From an uncultured Spirochaetota bacterium (GTDB lineage Bacteria; Spirochaetota; Spirochaetia; SZUA-6; CAVTHK01), in assembly GCA_963734495.1 (NCBI GenBank), contig CAVTHK010000011.1:192001-256000 (forward strand): DNA of 64,000 bases. Direction: 5' to 3'. The position numbers and the translations under genes are program-made. Numbering within the stretch: the first letter of the stretch is position 1; every line of letters begins with the position of its first letter. The notes beneath the pieces were generated by a model. The model saw nothing but the letters and a program-made list of their open reading frames with translations. It was not told the DNA's origin and ran no database searches. This document shows, piece by piece, positions 18,185 through 27,536 of this stretch.

Positions 18185-18418
18185 ATAGACCGCAAGACTT
18201 TGCTCGATGGCCTCGAGCTGAACCCGCGGGTGCTCGCGGAGCTCGTGTCCGCGACCGGAGCGGACGCTCCATCTCGCAAGACCGCAGTGCACCCGGAGTA
18301 CGAGAGAAACGGCTTTGAGCTCCTCGTGCGACACATCGCGCTGCACGACGGCATGCACCTCGCGCGGATCGAGGACCTCTGGCTTCTCGAGGACGGAAGC
18401 CTCAAGCCCACGGAGTAA
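18185..18418 (+). pseudogene. DinB-family remnant (start codon apparently ATA, internal deletion)
   Basis: RBS AGGGAGGA followed by ATA-GAC-CGC; N-terminal DRKTLLDGLELNPRVL joined directly to C-terminal HPEY...RHIALHDGMHLARIE. The central part, including the first His motif, is absent. Confidence 0.6.
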
Positions 18419-18715
18419 GGGCGGAGCTTCTCGCGCAGATTCATGGCGCACTTCGGGGAGCCGTCGCCGGCCCGGTCGCGCGGTGCGCCTGCCCCTTGGC
18501 CGCGCCGGCGGTCACGCCGGCAGTGATTCCCTCGCTGAGCACGAAGTAGAGAAACAGCTCCCTCCTCGAACGCCGCCGTCAGGCCGCCGTCAGGCGGGCA
18601 TAGCGTTTGGTGCCGATCTCGGTCGCCCTGAGCACGGTTCTTGACCATCTGAGTAATCATAGCGATCTTTTGACGACGCCAGCGCTCGCTGAATAGACAT
18701 AGGAGGACGAGACCG

Positions 18716-20143
18716 ATGAGCTCGATGACTGTGGTCCGCCGGGATGGAGCTCCACTCGAACTGGAGTTGAAACAGGTCGATGCACTGAAGGCCGCGCTGC
18801 GAGGGACACTGCTGCGCTCGGGCGACGACGGGTACGCCGACGCGCGCTCGGTCTGGAACGGGATGATCGATCGCCGGCCCGCGCTCATCGCACGCTGCGT
18901 CGGCGTCTCCGACATCCTGGCCGGCGTCAAGTTCGCGCGCGAGACCGGAATCGCGCTGTCGATAAAGGGCGGCGGGCACAACATCGCCGGCCTCGCCGTC
19001 GCCGAACGCGGGCTCATGCTGGATCTCTCCCTGATGCGCGGGGTGTGGGTCGACGCCAAGGCACGCGTTGCCGGCGCCCAGCCGGGCTGCCTGCTCGGCG
19101 ACGTGGATCGTGAGACCCAACTGCACGGCCTGGCGGCCGTCCTCGGCTTCGTCTCGATGACCGGGATCGCCGGGTTGACCCTGGGAGGCGGCTTCGGCTA
19201 CGCGTCGCGGCGTTTCGGGTGGACCGCCGACAATGTCCGCTCGATGGACCTGGTCACCGCAGATGGCAGGCTCGTACATGCCAGCCAGGAGGAAAACACA
19301 GACCTGTTCTGGGGCCTGTGCGGCGGCGGCGGGAACTTCGGCGTTGTGACCAATATCGCGTACGACCTCCATCCTCTCGGGCCCGAGATCTTCGGCGGTG
19401 GGATCGCGTGGCCAGCGGCATCCGCGCCGGATGTGCTGTCGATGTTCCAGGAGGTCGCGGAGTCGGCGCCCCCGGAGCTCACCGTCGTCGCCGTCCTGCG
19501 GATCGCGCCGCCCGCGCCGTGGATCGACAAGGAGTCTCACGGCAAGCCCATCATCGCGGTGTTCGCGTGCCACACCGGCAAAGTGGAAGACGGCGAAAAG
19601 CTGCTGGCGCCGGTCAAGCGGTTCGGGAAGCCGGTCGGCGACATCATCCAGCGCCGATCGTACGTCTCGCAGCAGAGTCTCCTGGACGCTACGCAACCAA
19701 AGGGACGGCGCTACTACTGGAAGTCGGAGTATCTGCCCGGGCTGTCTCACGAGCTGCTGGACTCCGCGATCGAAAACGCGCGCAGCCTCCGGTCCCCGCA
19801 CTCCGCCATCATCCTTTTCCAGCTCGGCGGGGCCCTCGCAAAACACAGCAACGATCACTCGGCGGTCGGAAACCGCGATGCGGCCTTCGTGCTGAACATC
19901 ACGGCGGCCTGGGACAAGCAGGACGACGACAACGCCAACGTCGAGTGGGCGCGCGCCGCCTGGCGCGACATGAAGCGATTCTCCACCGGTGGCACCTACA
20001 TCAACTTCCTCACCGAAGAGGAGGCCGACGGGCGCATCCAGGCGGCGTACGGCGCCAACTTCGCGCGCCTCACGCAGCTAAAGGCGGACTGGGACCCGCT
20101 CAATCTCTTCCGGATGAACAAGAACATCGCGCCGGCGAGGTAG
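18716..20143 (+). CDS. FAD-binding oxidoreductase (berberine-bridge / FAD_binding_4 family)
   Basis: RPALIARC, KGGGHN, GLTLGGGFG, DLFWGLCGGGGNFG, YINF and WDPLNLF; AGGAGG RBS. Confidence 0.93.
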   Translation: MSSMTVVRRDGAPLELELKQVDALKAALRGTLLRSGDDGYADARSVWNGMIDRRPALIARCVGVSDILAGVKFARETGIALSIKGGGHNIAGLAVAERGLMLDLSLMRGVWVDAKARVAGAQPGCLLGDVDRETQLHGLAAVLGFVSMTGIAGLTLGGGFGYASRRFGWTADNVRSMDLVTADGRLVHASQEENTDLFWGLCGGGGNFGVVTNIAYDLHPLGPEIFGGGIAWPAASAPDVLSMFQEVAESAPPELTVVAVLRIAPPAPWIDKESHGKPIIAVFACHTGKVEDGEKLLAPVKRFGKPVGDIIQRRSYVSQQSLLDATQPKGRRYYWKSEYLPGLSHELLDSAIENARSLRSPHSAIILFQLGGALAKHSNDHSAVGNRDAAFVLNITAAWDKQDDDNANVEWARAAWRDMKRFSTGGTYINFLTEEEADGRIQAAYGANFARLTQLKADWDPLNLFRMNKNIAPAR

Positions 20144-20189
20144 CGGAGGCGCCTATCGATTCCTCTCCGTGTCTCCAGGAAGGGATCTC

Positions 20190-21413
20190 CTACTCGACGC
20201 TCGTCGAGATGCTGAACGTGAGCCTGTTTCGGAAGGGGAGGACGAGCAGCTCACTCGGCTCCTCGGCGGACGCGCGAAACGCGTGAGCCACCTCGTAGCG
20301 AGCGGCCAACGACGTCCCCTGACGAAGCTCCCATTCGAGGTCGACGGCGAGCCGGGCGAGCAGGCTCTCGATGCCCAGTATTCCCGACACTCCCAGCAGG
20401 AGAGGGCGCGCGACTGCGACATCGGCGAGCGCGACGGAGGCATAGTGACGCCGGAATCCTCCGAGGGCAGAGAGAGAGCCCGGTATCTGCGCGCCGGCCG
20501 GAGATCCCGCCGCCTGCCACCCGTCGTAGCGGGAGACGAACGTTCGCGCTTCCTGCGAGGTGAAACCATCTCCGTTGAAGAAGTACTCCATGACCAGTGT
20601 CGCGGGCCGCGTGAGGCCAAGATCCACCTGTACGAGCGCTCCTCCCGCGGCTCTGACGACGGCATGGTTCCTGCCGTCTAGATCCTCCACCGCGCCCATG
20701 CCGGGGAACAGATACGAGCTTTCCCTTCCCCAGCGCAGCTCCGATTCCTCGTAGAAGACGACGGGACCCACCGACCACGCGCTGTCGCTCAGGAGCCCGA
20801 GCCGGTCCGAGCGATCCGGGTCTCCGTACTTCACGACGCCGAGCCCGAAATCGAGTCCGGCGTCCTTGATCACGTACTCGACACGCGCCGCTGCCCGGCT
20901 CCAGCGCAGCTCGGATGCCGGCAGCGCCGCGAGACTCACGCCGAGACTGTCGTTCGGAAAGATGTCGAGCTTGATCCCCGAAACACCGGGGAGGAAAGGA
21001 CGCACGTCGAGCGGATTGGCCCGGGCTTCCAGGATATCGATCGGCGCAAAGACCTTCGCCGTCCCCCAGTTCAGGCGCTGTCGGCCCGCCGAAACGCTCA
21101 TGCCCTCGGCGGGAGACACTTTCACGAAGAGCTGAGCGATCAGCGCGTCGGGGGAAGGCGCCGTGTCCAGCTCCAGCGGGACGACAAAGTCCCCCACGAC
21201 CTCCAGGCCGAGGGGTGTGCGGACGTTGAGCGATACACCCGCTTCCTGGCTCCCGGTCCACGAGTCGCTCGCGTTCACCGTGTCGCTGGCGGCAAGCTGG
21301 TAGTAGGCATCGCCCCAGATTCTGGGTGCCGATGTTCCTGCCTGCTCCTCCGCGGATGACGCGGCGGCCACAGCCGCGAGCATCACCAAAATGAAGGTTC
21401 CGTTACGCATCAT
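20190..21413 (-). CDS. Putative outer-membrane beta-barrel protein
   Basis: Signal peptide, SAGRQRLNWG motif, alternating beta-strand pattern; overlaps the ABC ATPase gene. Confidence 0.6.
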   Translation of the reverse strand: MMRNGTFILVMLAAVAAASSAEEQAGTSAPRIWGDAYYQLAASDTVNASDSWTGSQEAGVSLNVRTPLGLEVVGDFVVPLELDTAPSPDALIAQLFVKVSPAEGMSVSAGRQRLNWGTAKVFAPIDILEARANPLDVRPFLPGVSGIKLDIFPNDSLGVSLAALPASELRWSRAAARVEYVIKDAGLDFGLGVVKYGDPDRSDRLGLLSDSAWSVGPVVFYEESELRWGRESSYLFPGMGAVEDLDGRNHAVVRAAGGALVQVDLGLTRPATLVMEYFFNGDGFTSQEARTFVSRYDGWQAAGSPAGAQIPGSLSALGGFRRHYASVALADVAVARPLLLGVSGILGIESLLARLAVDLEWELRQGTSLAARYEVAHAFRASAEEPSELLVLPFRNRLTFSISTSVE

Positions 21414-22077
21414 GGACCACTCCGTCTACTATCCGCACCACGCGGTGAGCCATCCGCATCACTTGCTCGTCGTGGCTGGCGATGACGAACGTGGTGCCCT
21501 GCTCCCCGTGCAGCCGCTTCACGAGCTGGAGGACGGCGGCCCCATTCACGGAGTCGAGGTTGGCAGTCGGCTCGTCGGCGAACACCACCTGCGGCTGCGT
21601 GACCAGCGCTCGCGCGATGGCAACCCTCTGGCGCTGGCCGCCCGAGAGCTCGTCGGGACGGTGGCGGAGATGCTCGCTGATGCCGACCTCCTGCGACATG
21701 GCGAGGATGCGCCGGCGTCGCTCCGCCGCCGGCACCTTCTGGACGATGAGCGGGAACTCGATGTTCTCGTAGGCGCTCAGGACCGGCACAAGGTTGAAAG
21801 ACTGGAAGATGAAGGCGATCCGCTCGCGGCGGAACCGGTGCCTCGCCCGGGAATTGAGGGATGCAACCGCGACCCCGTCGAACAGGAAGTCGCCGCTCGT
21901 CGGCTCGTCCAGCAGCCCGAGGATGTTGAGCAGCGTCGACTTGCCGGCTCCGGAGGGTCCCACAACGCAGAGGTGCTCGCCTCTGGCAATGTCCAGGGAG
22001 ACGCCACGCAGCGCGCGGACCGTTGTCCTGCCCAGTGGGTACTCCTTGACGATATCCCGAGCTGAAATAAAGCCCAT
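21403..22077 (-). CDS. ABC transporter ATP-binding protein (LolD/MacB-like)
   Basis: GPSGAGKS, LSGGQRQRVAIARAL and ADEPTANLD motifs. Confidence 0.95.
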   Translation of the reverse strand: MGFISARDIVKEYPLGRTTVRALRGVSLDIARGEHLCVVGPSGAGKSTLLNILGLLDEPTSGDFLFDGVAVASLNSRARHRFRRERIAFIFQSFNLVPVLSAYENIEFPLIVQKVPAAERRRRILAMSQEVGISEHLRHRPDELSGGQRQRVAIARALVTQPQVVFADEPTANLDSVNGAAVLQLVKRLHGEQGTTFVIASHDEQVMRMAHRVVRIVDGVVHDA

Positions 22078-22078
22078 C

Positions 22079-22834
22079 TCAGTACCTCTCTTCCAGGCGC
22101 GCCTCGAGATTGCGGCGGTTGAACACGCTGTCGGGCAGATCCATCGGCTTCTCCCTCAGCAGAGTGAGGGTGTTCACCGCGCCCGGATCCAACGGCGAGA
22201 TGACGGTCACTACCACGGGCTTGGGGCCCGCCCCGATATCTTTCACGTCGGAATAGCGGATCTCCTTGACCACGCTGCCGTTGCGGGCGTAGCAGACTCC
22301 CCGGACCGGCCATCCGCCCTGGCGCGCAATGTTCAGAACGATCCTGTAGTACGGTGCGTTGCGGTCCTTCGCGACGAGATCGAGCCTGTATGCCTCGCGG
22401 TCGGAGGACACGAGAGTCGCCGTGTAGTTGTCGGAAAAGTTGAGCCGCACGACGTCCCCGTACGAGAATCCCGTGCCGCCGAAGGATTGATTGGATGGCA
22501 CCTTCATCACCCGGTTGATCCGTCTCTCGTACGCCCACACGTTCTGCTCGATCATGAGGAGATCGTTGCCGGCGTCCGCCGGGGGCGCGGTCATTCGCAC
22601 GATGATCTTTTGATTCCTGTCGCGCGTGTAGTAGGTCGCGGCGTGGTCCTCCGTTCTGCCGTCGGCAGCCCGGAAGTGGAGGACCGCTTCGGCTCGCGCG
22701 TTCGGGTACATGATCCGCTCCGCCCGCCGGATCAGCTCGTCGGGATCCACGGGGCCCGCTTCCTGGGCGGAGACACTGCCGGCCAGCACGGCGGTCGAAA
22801 GAAGCGTGGCGAAAAAGCATGTCTTGGCCTTCAT
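22079..22834 (-). CDS. Outer-membrane lipoprotein-sorting (LolA-like) protein
   Basis: Signal peptide; QSFGGTGFSYGD motif; C-terminal LPDSVFNRRNL. Confidence 0.8.
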   Translation of the reverse strand: MKAKTCFFATLLSTAVLAGSVSAQEAGPVDPDELIRRAERIMYPNARAEAVLHFRAADGRTEDHAATYYTRDRNQKIIVRMTAPPADAGNDLLMIEQNVWAYERRINRVMKVPSNQSFGGTGFSYGDVVRLNFSDNYTATLVSSDREAYRLDLVAKDRNAPYYRIVLNIARQGGWPVRGVCYARNGSVVKEIRYSDVKDIGAGPKPVVVTVISPLDPGAVNTLTLLREKPMDLPDSVFNRRNLEARLEERY

Positions 22835-22839
22835 GGGAA

Positions 22840-24105
22840 TCACTCCGTCTCCCGCAGCGCGGCGAGTGGTGGAACGCGCAGCCGTGCTCTCAGCGTCGTC
22901 ATCGCGGTGACCGCGGTGAGGGCGGTGGTTACGCCGAAGATGAAAAGCAGAGTTCCGGGACTGAAACCGAGCGAGATGCTGCTCCCCCCGATGAGGAGCT
23001 GGAACCCCGGGTTCTCGGTCGTAAGGGCCAGGCCGTTGACCGCGGCCCGCGCGACGAGGCCGAGGACCACTCCGGCCAGCGTCGCGCACAGGTTGATCAC
23101 GAGGATCTCCAGCGTGTACAGCGCAACGAGCGGGCCTTTGTCGCTGCCCAGGCAGTAGAACGTGCCGATCTCGCGCTTCCTGTCGAAGAGGTTCACGGAG
23201 ACCACGCTCATGATGCCGAACGAGGTGACGCCGATGATGAGGAGGCTGGCCGCCATGAACACGAGGCGCAGCAGCTCGTAGATGCCGAACGTGTCGCGCG
23301 GGATGTCCTTGAAGTCCCAGAACTCGAGGTCCAGCCCGCGGCGCTCCGCCCAGGAGCGCAGCTGCTGGATCGCTCGGCCGCGGCTCGCGCCCTGCTTGAG
23401 GTCGACGAAGAGGGACATTGTCTCGTCCGGGGAGAAGCCGGAGATGAGGGCGTAGGCGGTCCTGTTCATGAACGCGTGGTCCACGAGATAGGGCATGTCC
23501 TGCCTGGGAGCGTAGAAGCCCGTGAGGAGCGCGTCCTGGACGACGACCTGCCCGAACAGGTCCTTTCCGACGATCTTTACCGGGTCTCCCGGTCGTATCC
23601 GCATGGTCGACGCGGTTCGCCAGTGCAGAATGACCTCCGGCCTGTCCTGGGAATCGAAGAACGATCCCTCGGTCATGCGGACGTAGTCGCTTACGATCCA
23701 GCCCTCTGACGGATCGACGCCCCGGAACAGGAAGTCGCGGTACTTGCGGCCGCCGGCGAAGACGCTGAGCGAAAGCGGTGTGGTGGGAGCGCAGGCCCTG
23801 CGGACGAACGGCATCGCGCGGAGGTCATCCAGAAGCGCGGGATATCCCTTGATGCTCATCGTCGAGGCACGACGCCATTCCTCGCCCTCGTCCTCCGCGG
23901 CCTTGAGGCCTCGTGCGTAGACCGCAACGTCCGCCGACGGGCTCAGCAGCGCGAGAAACCCCTTGCGCGCGTTCTCCATCTGTCCGTCCGAGAACGTCAT
24001 GAAGATGAAAACGACAAGGACGGCCAGGCCGACCACGGTTGCCATGATGAGACTCCGCTGGCCGTGCGCGAGAACGTTGCGAAGAGCGAGCTTGAGCGTC
24101 ATCAT
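22840..24105 (-). CDS. FtsX/LolE-like ABC permease
   Basis: KLALRNVL N-terminus, DRKREIGTFYCLG, and RVPPLAALRE C-terminus. Confidence 0.88.
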   Translation of the reverse strand: MMTLKLALRNVLAHGQRSLIMATVVGLAVLVVFIFMTFSDGQMENARKGFLALLSPSADVAVYARGLKAAEDEGEEWRRASTMSIKGYPALLDDLRAMPFVRRACAPTTPLSLSVFAGGRKYRDFLFRGVDPSEGWIVSDYVRMTEGSFFDSQDRPEVILHWRTASTMRIRPGDPVKIVGKDLFGQVVVQDALLTGFYAPRQDMPYLVDHAFMNRTAYALISGFSPDETMSLFVDLKQGASRGRAIQQLRSWAERRGLDLEFWDFKDIPRDTFGIYELLRLVFMAASLLIIGVTSFGIMSVVSVNLFDRKREIGTFYCLGSDKGPLVALYTLEILVINLCATLAGVVLGLVARAAVNGLALTTENPGFQLLIGGSSISLGFSPGTLLFIFGVTTALTAVTAMTTLRARLRVPPLAALRETE

Positions 24106-25721
24106 CAGGACGCCTCCTTGAGCAGCTCGACAGGCGAAGCACGCACGAGACGCCGCAACGGGATAAGCGAGGCGACTGCCGACAGCAGGACGAAGAGGCC
24201 GAGGCTGATCCCGAGGTGAGACGGCGTAAAGTCGAGAAAGAGCCTGCCTTGCGGCATGAAAATGATTCCTGGAACTCCCACGACATGGAACACGAGGATG
24301 ACACCGACTCCCAGCGCGGAGCCGACGACCCACGATACGCAGACGAGCGTGAGCGTTTCCCCGAGGAGGACCATCGCGTTGGCGCCCGGCGAGAGCCCGA
24401 GCGCGATCGCGGTCCCGATCTCCCGCCTTCGCCTGATGAGCGAGAGGAGCACCGAGTTGACCGTGAAGATGGCCACCGCGGCCATGAACAGCCCGATGAG
24501 GACCATCGTGAGAATACGGAAGCCCGAGGCCGCGGAGAGGAAGAGCTGGCCCAGCTCCACGTAGTCCCGGACTACCAGCCCTTTGCCGTAGAGAGAGAGC
24601 CACTGCTCGATCTCACGCTTCGCAGCCGCAGTATCCTCGTTCGATTTCAGTCGGACGTAGATGCTGGTCCCTGCACGATCCGCGAGCCCGAGCCACCCCC
24701 TCAGGGCCCGCGAGTCCACGTAGTAGTTGTAGAAGAACATGGGCAGCCGCTGGACGTACGCCGTGATCCTGATCGGAATCACGGCGGGTTTCGCGAGAGG
24801 GTCGTCGCCGCGCGCGGCGGGCACGGCCATGGTGTACGAGACATTCAGGTTGATCGTGTCCCGCACGGGCGTGATCGCGTCGGGATACACGGACTCGAGG
24901 AGGCGCTTTCGAAGCACTCTGACCTGCGATGCCGCGCGCTGTGTATCGGTGCCGGGCTCGAAGGACGCGAGCGCTGCCTGCGCATCGTCGATGCGGTAGT
25001 CGTAGCCCTCTCGGGTCCGCGCCGGAAGGAGATCCGGAAGGTCCGCTCGACCGAGGGCGCGGTTCATCGCGGACAGAAACGCCTCGTCAGTCATGCCCTT
25101 TGCTCCAGGGAACAGCGCGGGCATCTCGGCGAGGACGCGTGCCTTGAACGCTTCCCACGCAGGCCCCGTCAGCCGGAAGTTTCTGCGCGTGAACTGATCG
25201 TTGTCGCGGATGACCTCCCAGAACTCCAGCGGAGGCCGGAAGACGGGAACGTCGGGCATTCCCTCGCGCCACGCCAGATCGCGTGAACCCTCGAGGACCG
25301 TCACGCCGGGGAGGGTCTGCGGAAGATCCTCCGGGTCCACGCCGACGAGCGACGGCGCGAAGCTGGTCTGCTCCCCTTCGATCGTGAAGATCGCAGCCCG
25401 GGTCTCCACCGCGAGCATGGCGTGCGACACTCCTGGGAGCGAGGAGAGGAAGCTCTGGAGATCGGGGGAGTAGTCCAGGAGCGCCAGTCCCTCGCGCTGG
25501 TCGGCGAACGCCATGTCCAGGACCTTCGGCGACTCGGACGGCAGGATCTGCAGGTGTGCCGTCGCCGCATCGATTCCGAGATGCCGGAATTGACTGACAA
25601 AGCTGTCGCGGAAGGACAAGCAGAACAGGACCGCCGCGCTGCAGGCAGCCAGCAGGACGAAGAGACGCTTCCCCGCGGCGCGGTGTCGCTGAAGGCCGCG
25701 CACCATGAGCTTCAGGTACAT
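24105..25721 (-). CDS. FtsX/LolE-like ABC permease with enlarged periplasmic domain
   Basis: RRRREIGTAIALG and SPVELLKE; about 120 aa longer than the neighbouring permease. Confidence 0.85.
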   Translation of the reverse strand: MYLKLMVRGLQRHRAAGKRLFVLLAACSAAVLFCLSFRDSFVSQFRHLGIDAATAHLQILPSESPKVLDMAFADQREGLALLDYSPDLQSFLSSLPGVSHAMLAVETRAAIFTIEGEQTSFAPSLVGVDPEDLPQTLPGVTVLEGSRDLAWREGMPDVPVFRPPLEFWEVIRDNDQFTRRNFRLTGPAWEAFKARVLAEMPALFPGAKGMTDEAFLSAMNRALGRADLPDLLPARTREGYDYRIDDAQAALASFEPGTDTQRAASQVRVLRKRLLESVYPDAITPVRDTINLNVSYTMAVPAARGDDPLAKPAVIPIRITAYVQRLPMFFYNYYVDSRALRGWLGLADRAGTSIYVRLKSNEDTAAAKREIEQWLSLYGKGLVVRDYVELGQLFLSAASGFRILTMVLIGLFMAAVAIFTVNSVLLSLIRRRREIGTAIALGLSPGANAMVLLGETLTLVCVSWVVGSALGVGVILVFHVVGVPGIIFMPQGRLFLDFTPSHLGISLGLFVLLSAVASLIPLRRLVRASPVELLKEAS

Positions 25722-25807
25722 GAGCGATGCTCCTCCGGCCGGCCTCCGTTCGCGAGTCGTCGGCGCTTGTACGCTCGTGGCAAAGCCGGTAGACTCGCCG
25801 GGACACA

Positions 25808-26467
25808 ATGGAACTGAGTGAGCTGCTTGGCGGGCACGAGGACATTTCGCGCTATCCGCCGGAACGCCGGATCCTCATCGCCACCCTCGATTGCATCCAC
25901 GAGCTCGGCCTGGAGGCCGCCACCGTACGGGCGATTGCGGCGCGCGCGGGCGTCAATCCCGCCGCCGTCAACTACTACTATCGCTCCAAGGACCGGCTGA
26001 TCGAGGAGGCTCTCCGGGGAGCGTGGTCCCACGTTGCCGACGACATCGCGCTGATCATCAAGGAGAGCGTGGACGCCGACGCAGCGGCGCGCTTCGTGGT
26101 CCGGTACCTCATGGAGGGCACGATTAGGAGCCCCCGGGTCGTGCACGCCATCGTCGTCCAGCACCCGGCGCTCCACGCCGAGGTGGGAGCGTTCTTCAGA
26201 GCGCTGTTCGCCCGGCTGGAGCAGGCGGGACGCCGGCAGAAAACGAGCCTCACGGCCCTGCTTCTCCTCGCCGTTTCCGTCTTTGTCTCCGTGGCGCCGG
26301 AAGCGGCCGGCGCTCTCTGCGGAGCGGACTTCGCCAGCGAGCGGACGCGCGGGCGTCTGTGGAACGACCTGAGCGATCTGTTGCTCGCCTCCCCCGGCGT
26401 CCCTTCGCGACGGGTCCGTGCCCGCGCTTCGCGCGCGCATCAGAAGGCCTCCCCAAGGTTGAAGTAG
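25808..26467 (+). CDS. TetR/AcrR-family transcriptional regulator
   Basis: RILIATLDCIHELGLEAATVRAIAARAGVNPAAVNYYYRSKDRL HTH; divergent from the permease operon. Confidence 0.92.
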   Translation: MELSELLGGHEDISRYPPERRILIATLDCIHELGLEAATVRAIAARAGVNPAAVNYYYRSKDRLIEEALRGAWSHVADDIALIIKESVDADAAARFVVRYLMEGTIRSPRVVHAIVVQHPALHAEVGAFFRALFARLEQAGRRQKTSLTALLLLAVSVFVSVAPEAAGALCGADFASERTRGRLWNDLSDLLLASPGVPSRRVRARASRAHQKASPRLK

Positions 26468-27522
26468 AAGTCGGCCCCGCTTTCCCCCATCGCGACGTCG
26501 GCCCGGAGCCCGGCGCCGGATTCCTTGTCCAGGACGAACCGCAGGCCGACTCCGGCCGCGAGCTTGAAAGCGCGCAGGTCGAATGCGAGAGGATCGTGAG
26601 CGACCTGACCTGCCGCGGCAAAGATCGCAACGCCGAATCTCCGCCAGACGGGGATCCGGGCCTCCGCCTGCAGCGCCACGAGAGCGTTGTCCCGGTAGCG
26701 GCCGTCGTAGTAGCCGCGGAGGAGCTTGTCGCCGCCGAGGCGCGGAAGCTCCTGGAACGGCGGCGTGCCGCCCGCCACGGCCCCGTAGAACTGACCGGCA
26801 AGCACGATCTTCCTGCCTGCAAAAGGAGCGAGGTACGCACGCGCGTCGATGATCATCGAGGGATAGCTCGAGCCGCCGCCGAAAGTCGGGAAGGACCAGC
26901 TCCCGCACAGCTCGGCGAAGAAACCGCTCGAAGGGGCGACGGAAGAGTCGCGTCCCTCATAGGTCAGGCGGAACCCGGGCGCCAGGATCCCCGCGCCGTC
27001 TGCGCCGGGGACCGAAGCGTTCGCCAGAGCCCCGCCGGCCTCCCGCTCCTGCATCCACGAGCTGAACCAGCGCAAGCGCGGTCCCAGGTACAGGCCCGGG
27101 ACTACGAGAAAGCCCGCGGTGCCGTCCGCGGCGCACTCGAACGGCACGTAGTCCTCTTCCGATCGCGCGTCAGGACCGATTCCGAAGAACTTGTTCGGAT
27201 ACCGCGCCGCATAGCTGTCCAGGGCGAGCCGCATTCGGTTGTCGGGCAGGAAGTATTCACCGGAGACGAAACCTTCCGCCTGGCCGTTCAAGGTCGCAAA
27301 GCCGCCTCCCCGCGTCACGTTCTCGTGCTGGTTGGCATCCTGAGGATCCGAGCTTCCCGTAGCCATGAGGATCAGGCCTCCGGCGAGGCTGGTCTCCGGC
27401 GAATAGAACACGTAGGGGAACAGGACAAAGGAGTCTTTCTCAACCTCTGCGCTCGCCAGCGGCGCGCGGAGGCCCATGACGACGAGCAGGGCGAGGGCGG
27501 TGAACACGCGTGATCGACTCAT
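26440..27522 (-). CDS. Omp85/BamA-TamA-family outer-membrane barrel (no POTRA domains)
   Basis: PYVFYSPETS, LGGDKLLRGYYDGRYRD, GVGLRF and C-terminal YFNLGEAF. Confidence 0.85.
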   Translation of the reverse strand: MSRSRVFTALALLVVMGLRAPLASAEVEKDSFVLFPYVFYSPETSLAGGLILMATGSSDPQDANQHENVTRGGGFATLNGQAEGFVSGEYFLPDNRMRLALDSYAARYPNKFFGIGPDARSEEDYVPFECAADGTAGFLVVPGLYLGPRLRWFSSWMQEREAGGALANASVPGADGAGILAPGFRLTYEGRDSSVAPSSGFFAELCGSWSFPTFGGGSSYPSMIIDARAYLAPFAGRKIVLAGQFYGAVAGGTPPFQELPRLGGDKLLRGYYDGRYRDNALVALQAEARIPVWRRFGVAIFAAAGQVAHDPLAFDLRAFKLAAGVGLRFVLDKESGAGLRADVAMGESGADFYFNLGEAF

Positions 27523-27536
27523 GTGAAGGCAGCCAG

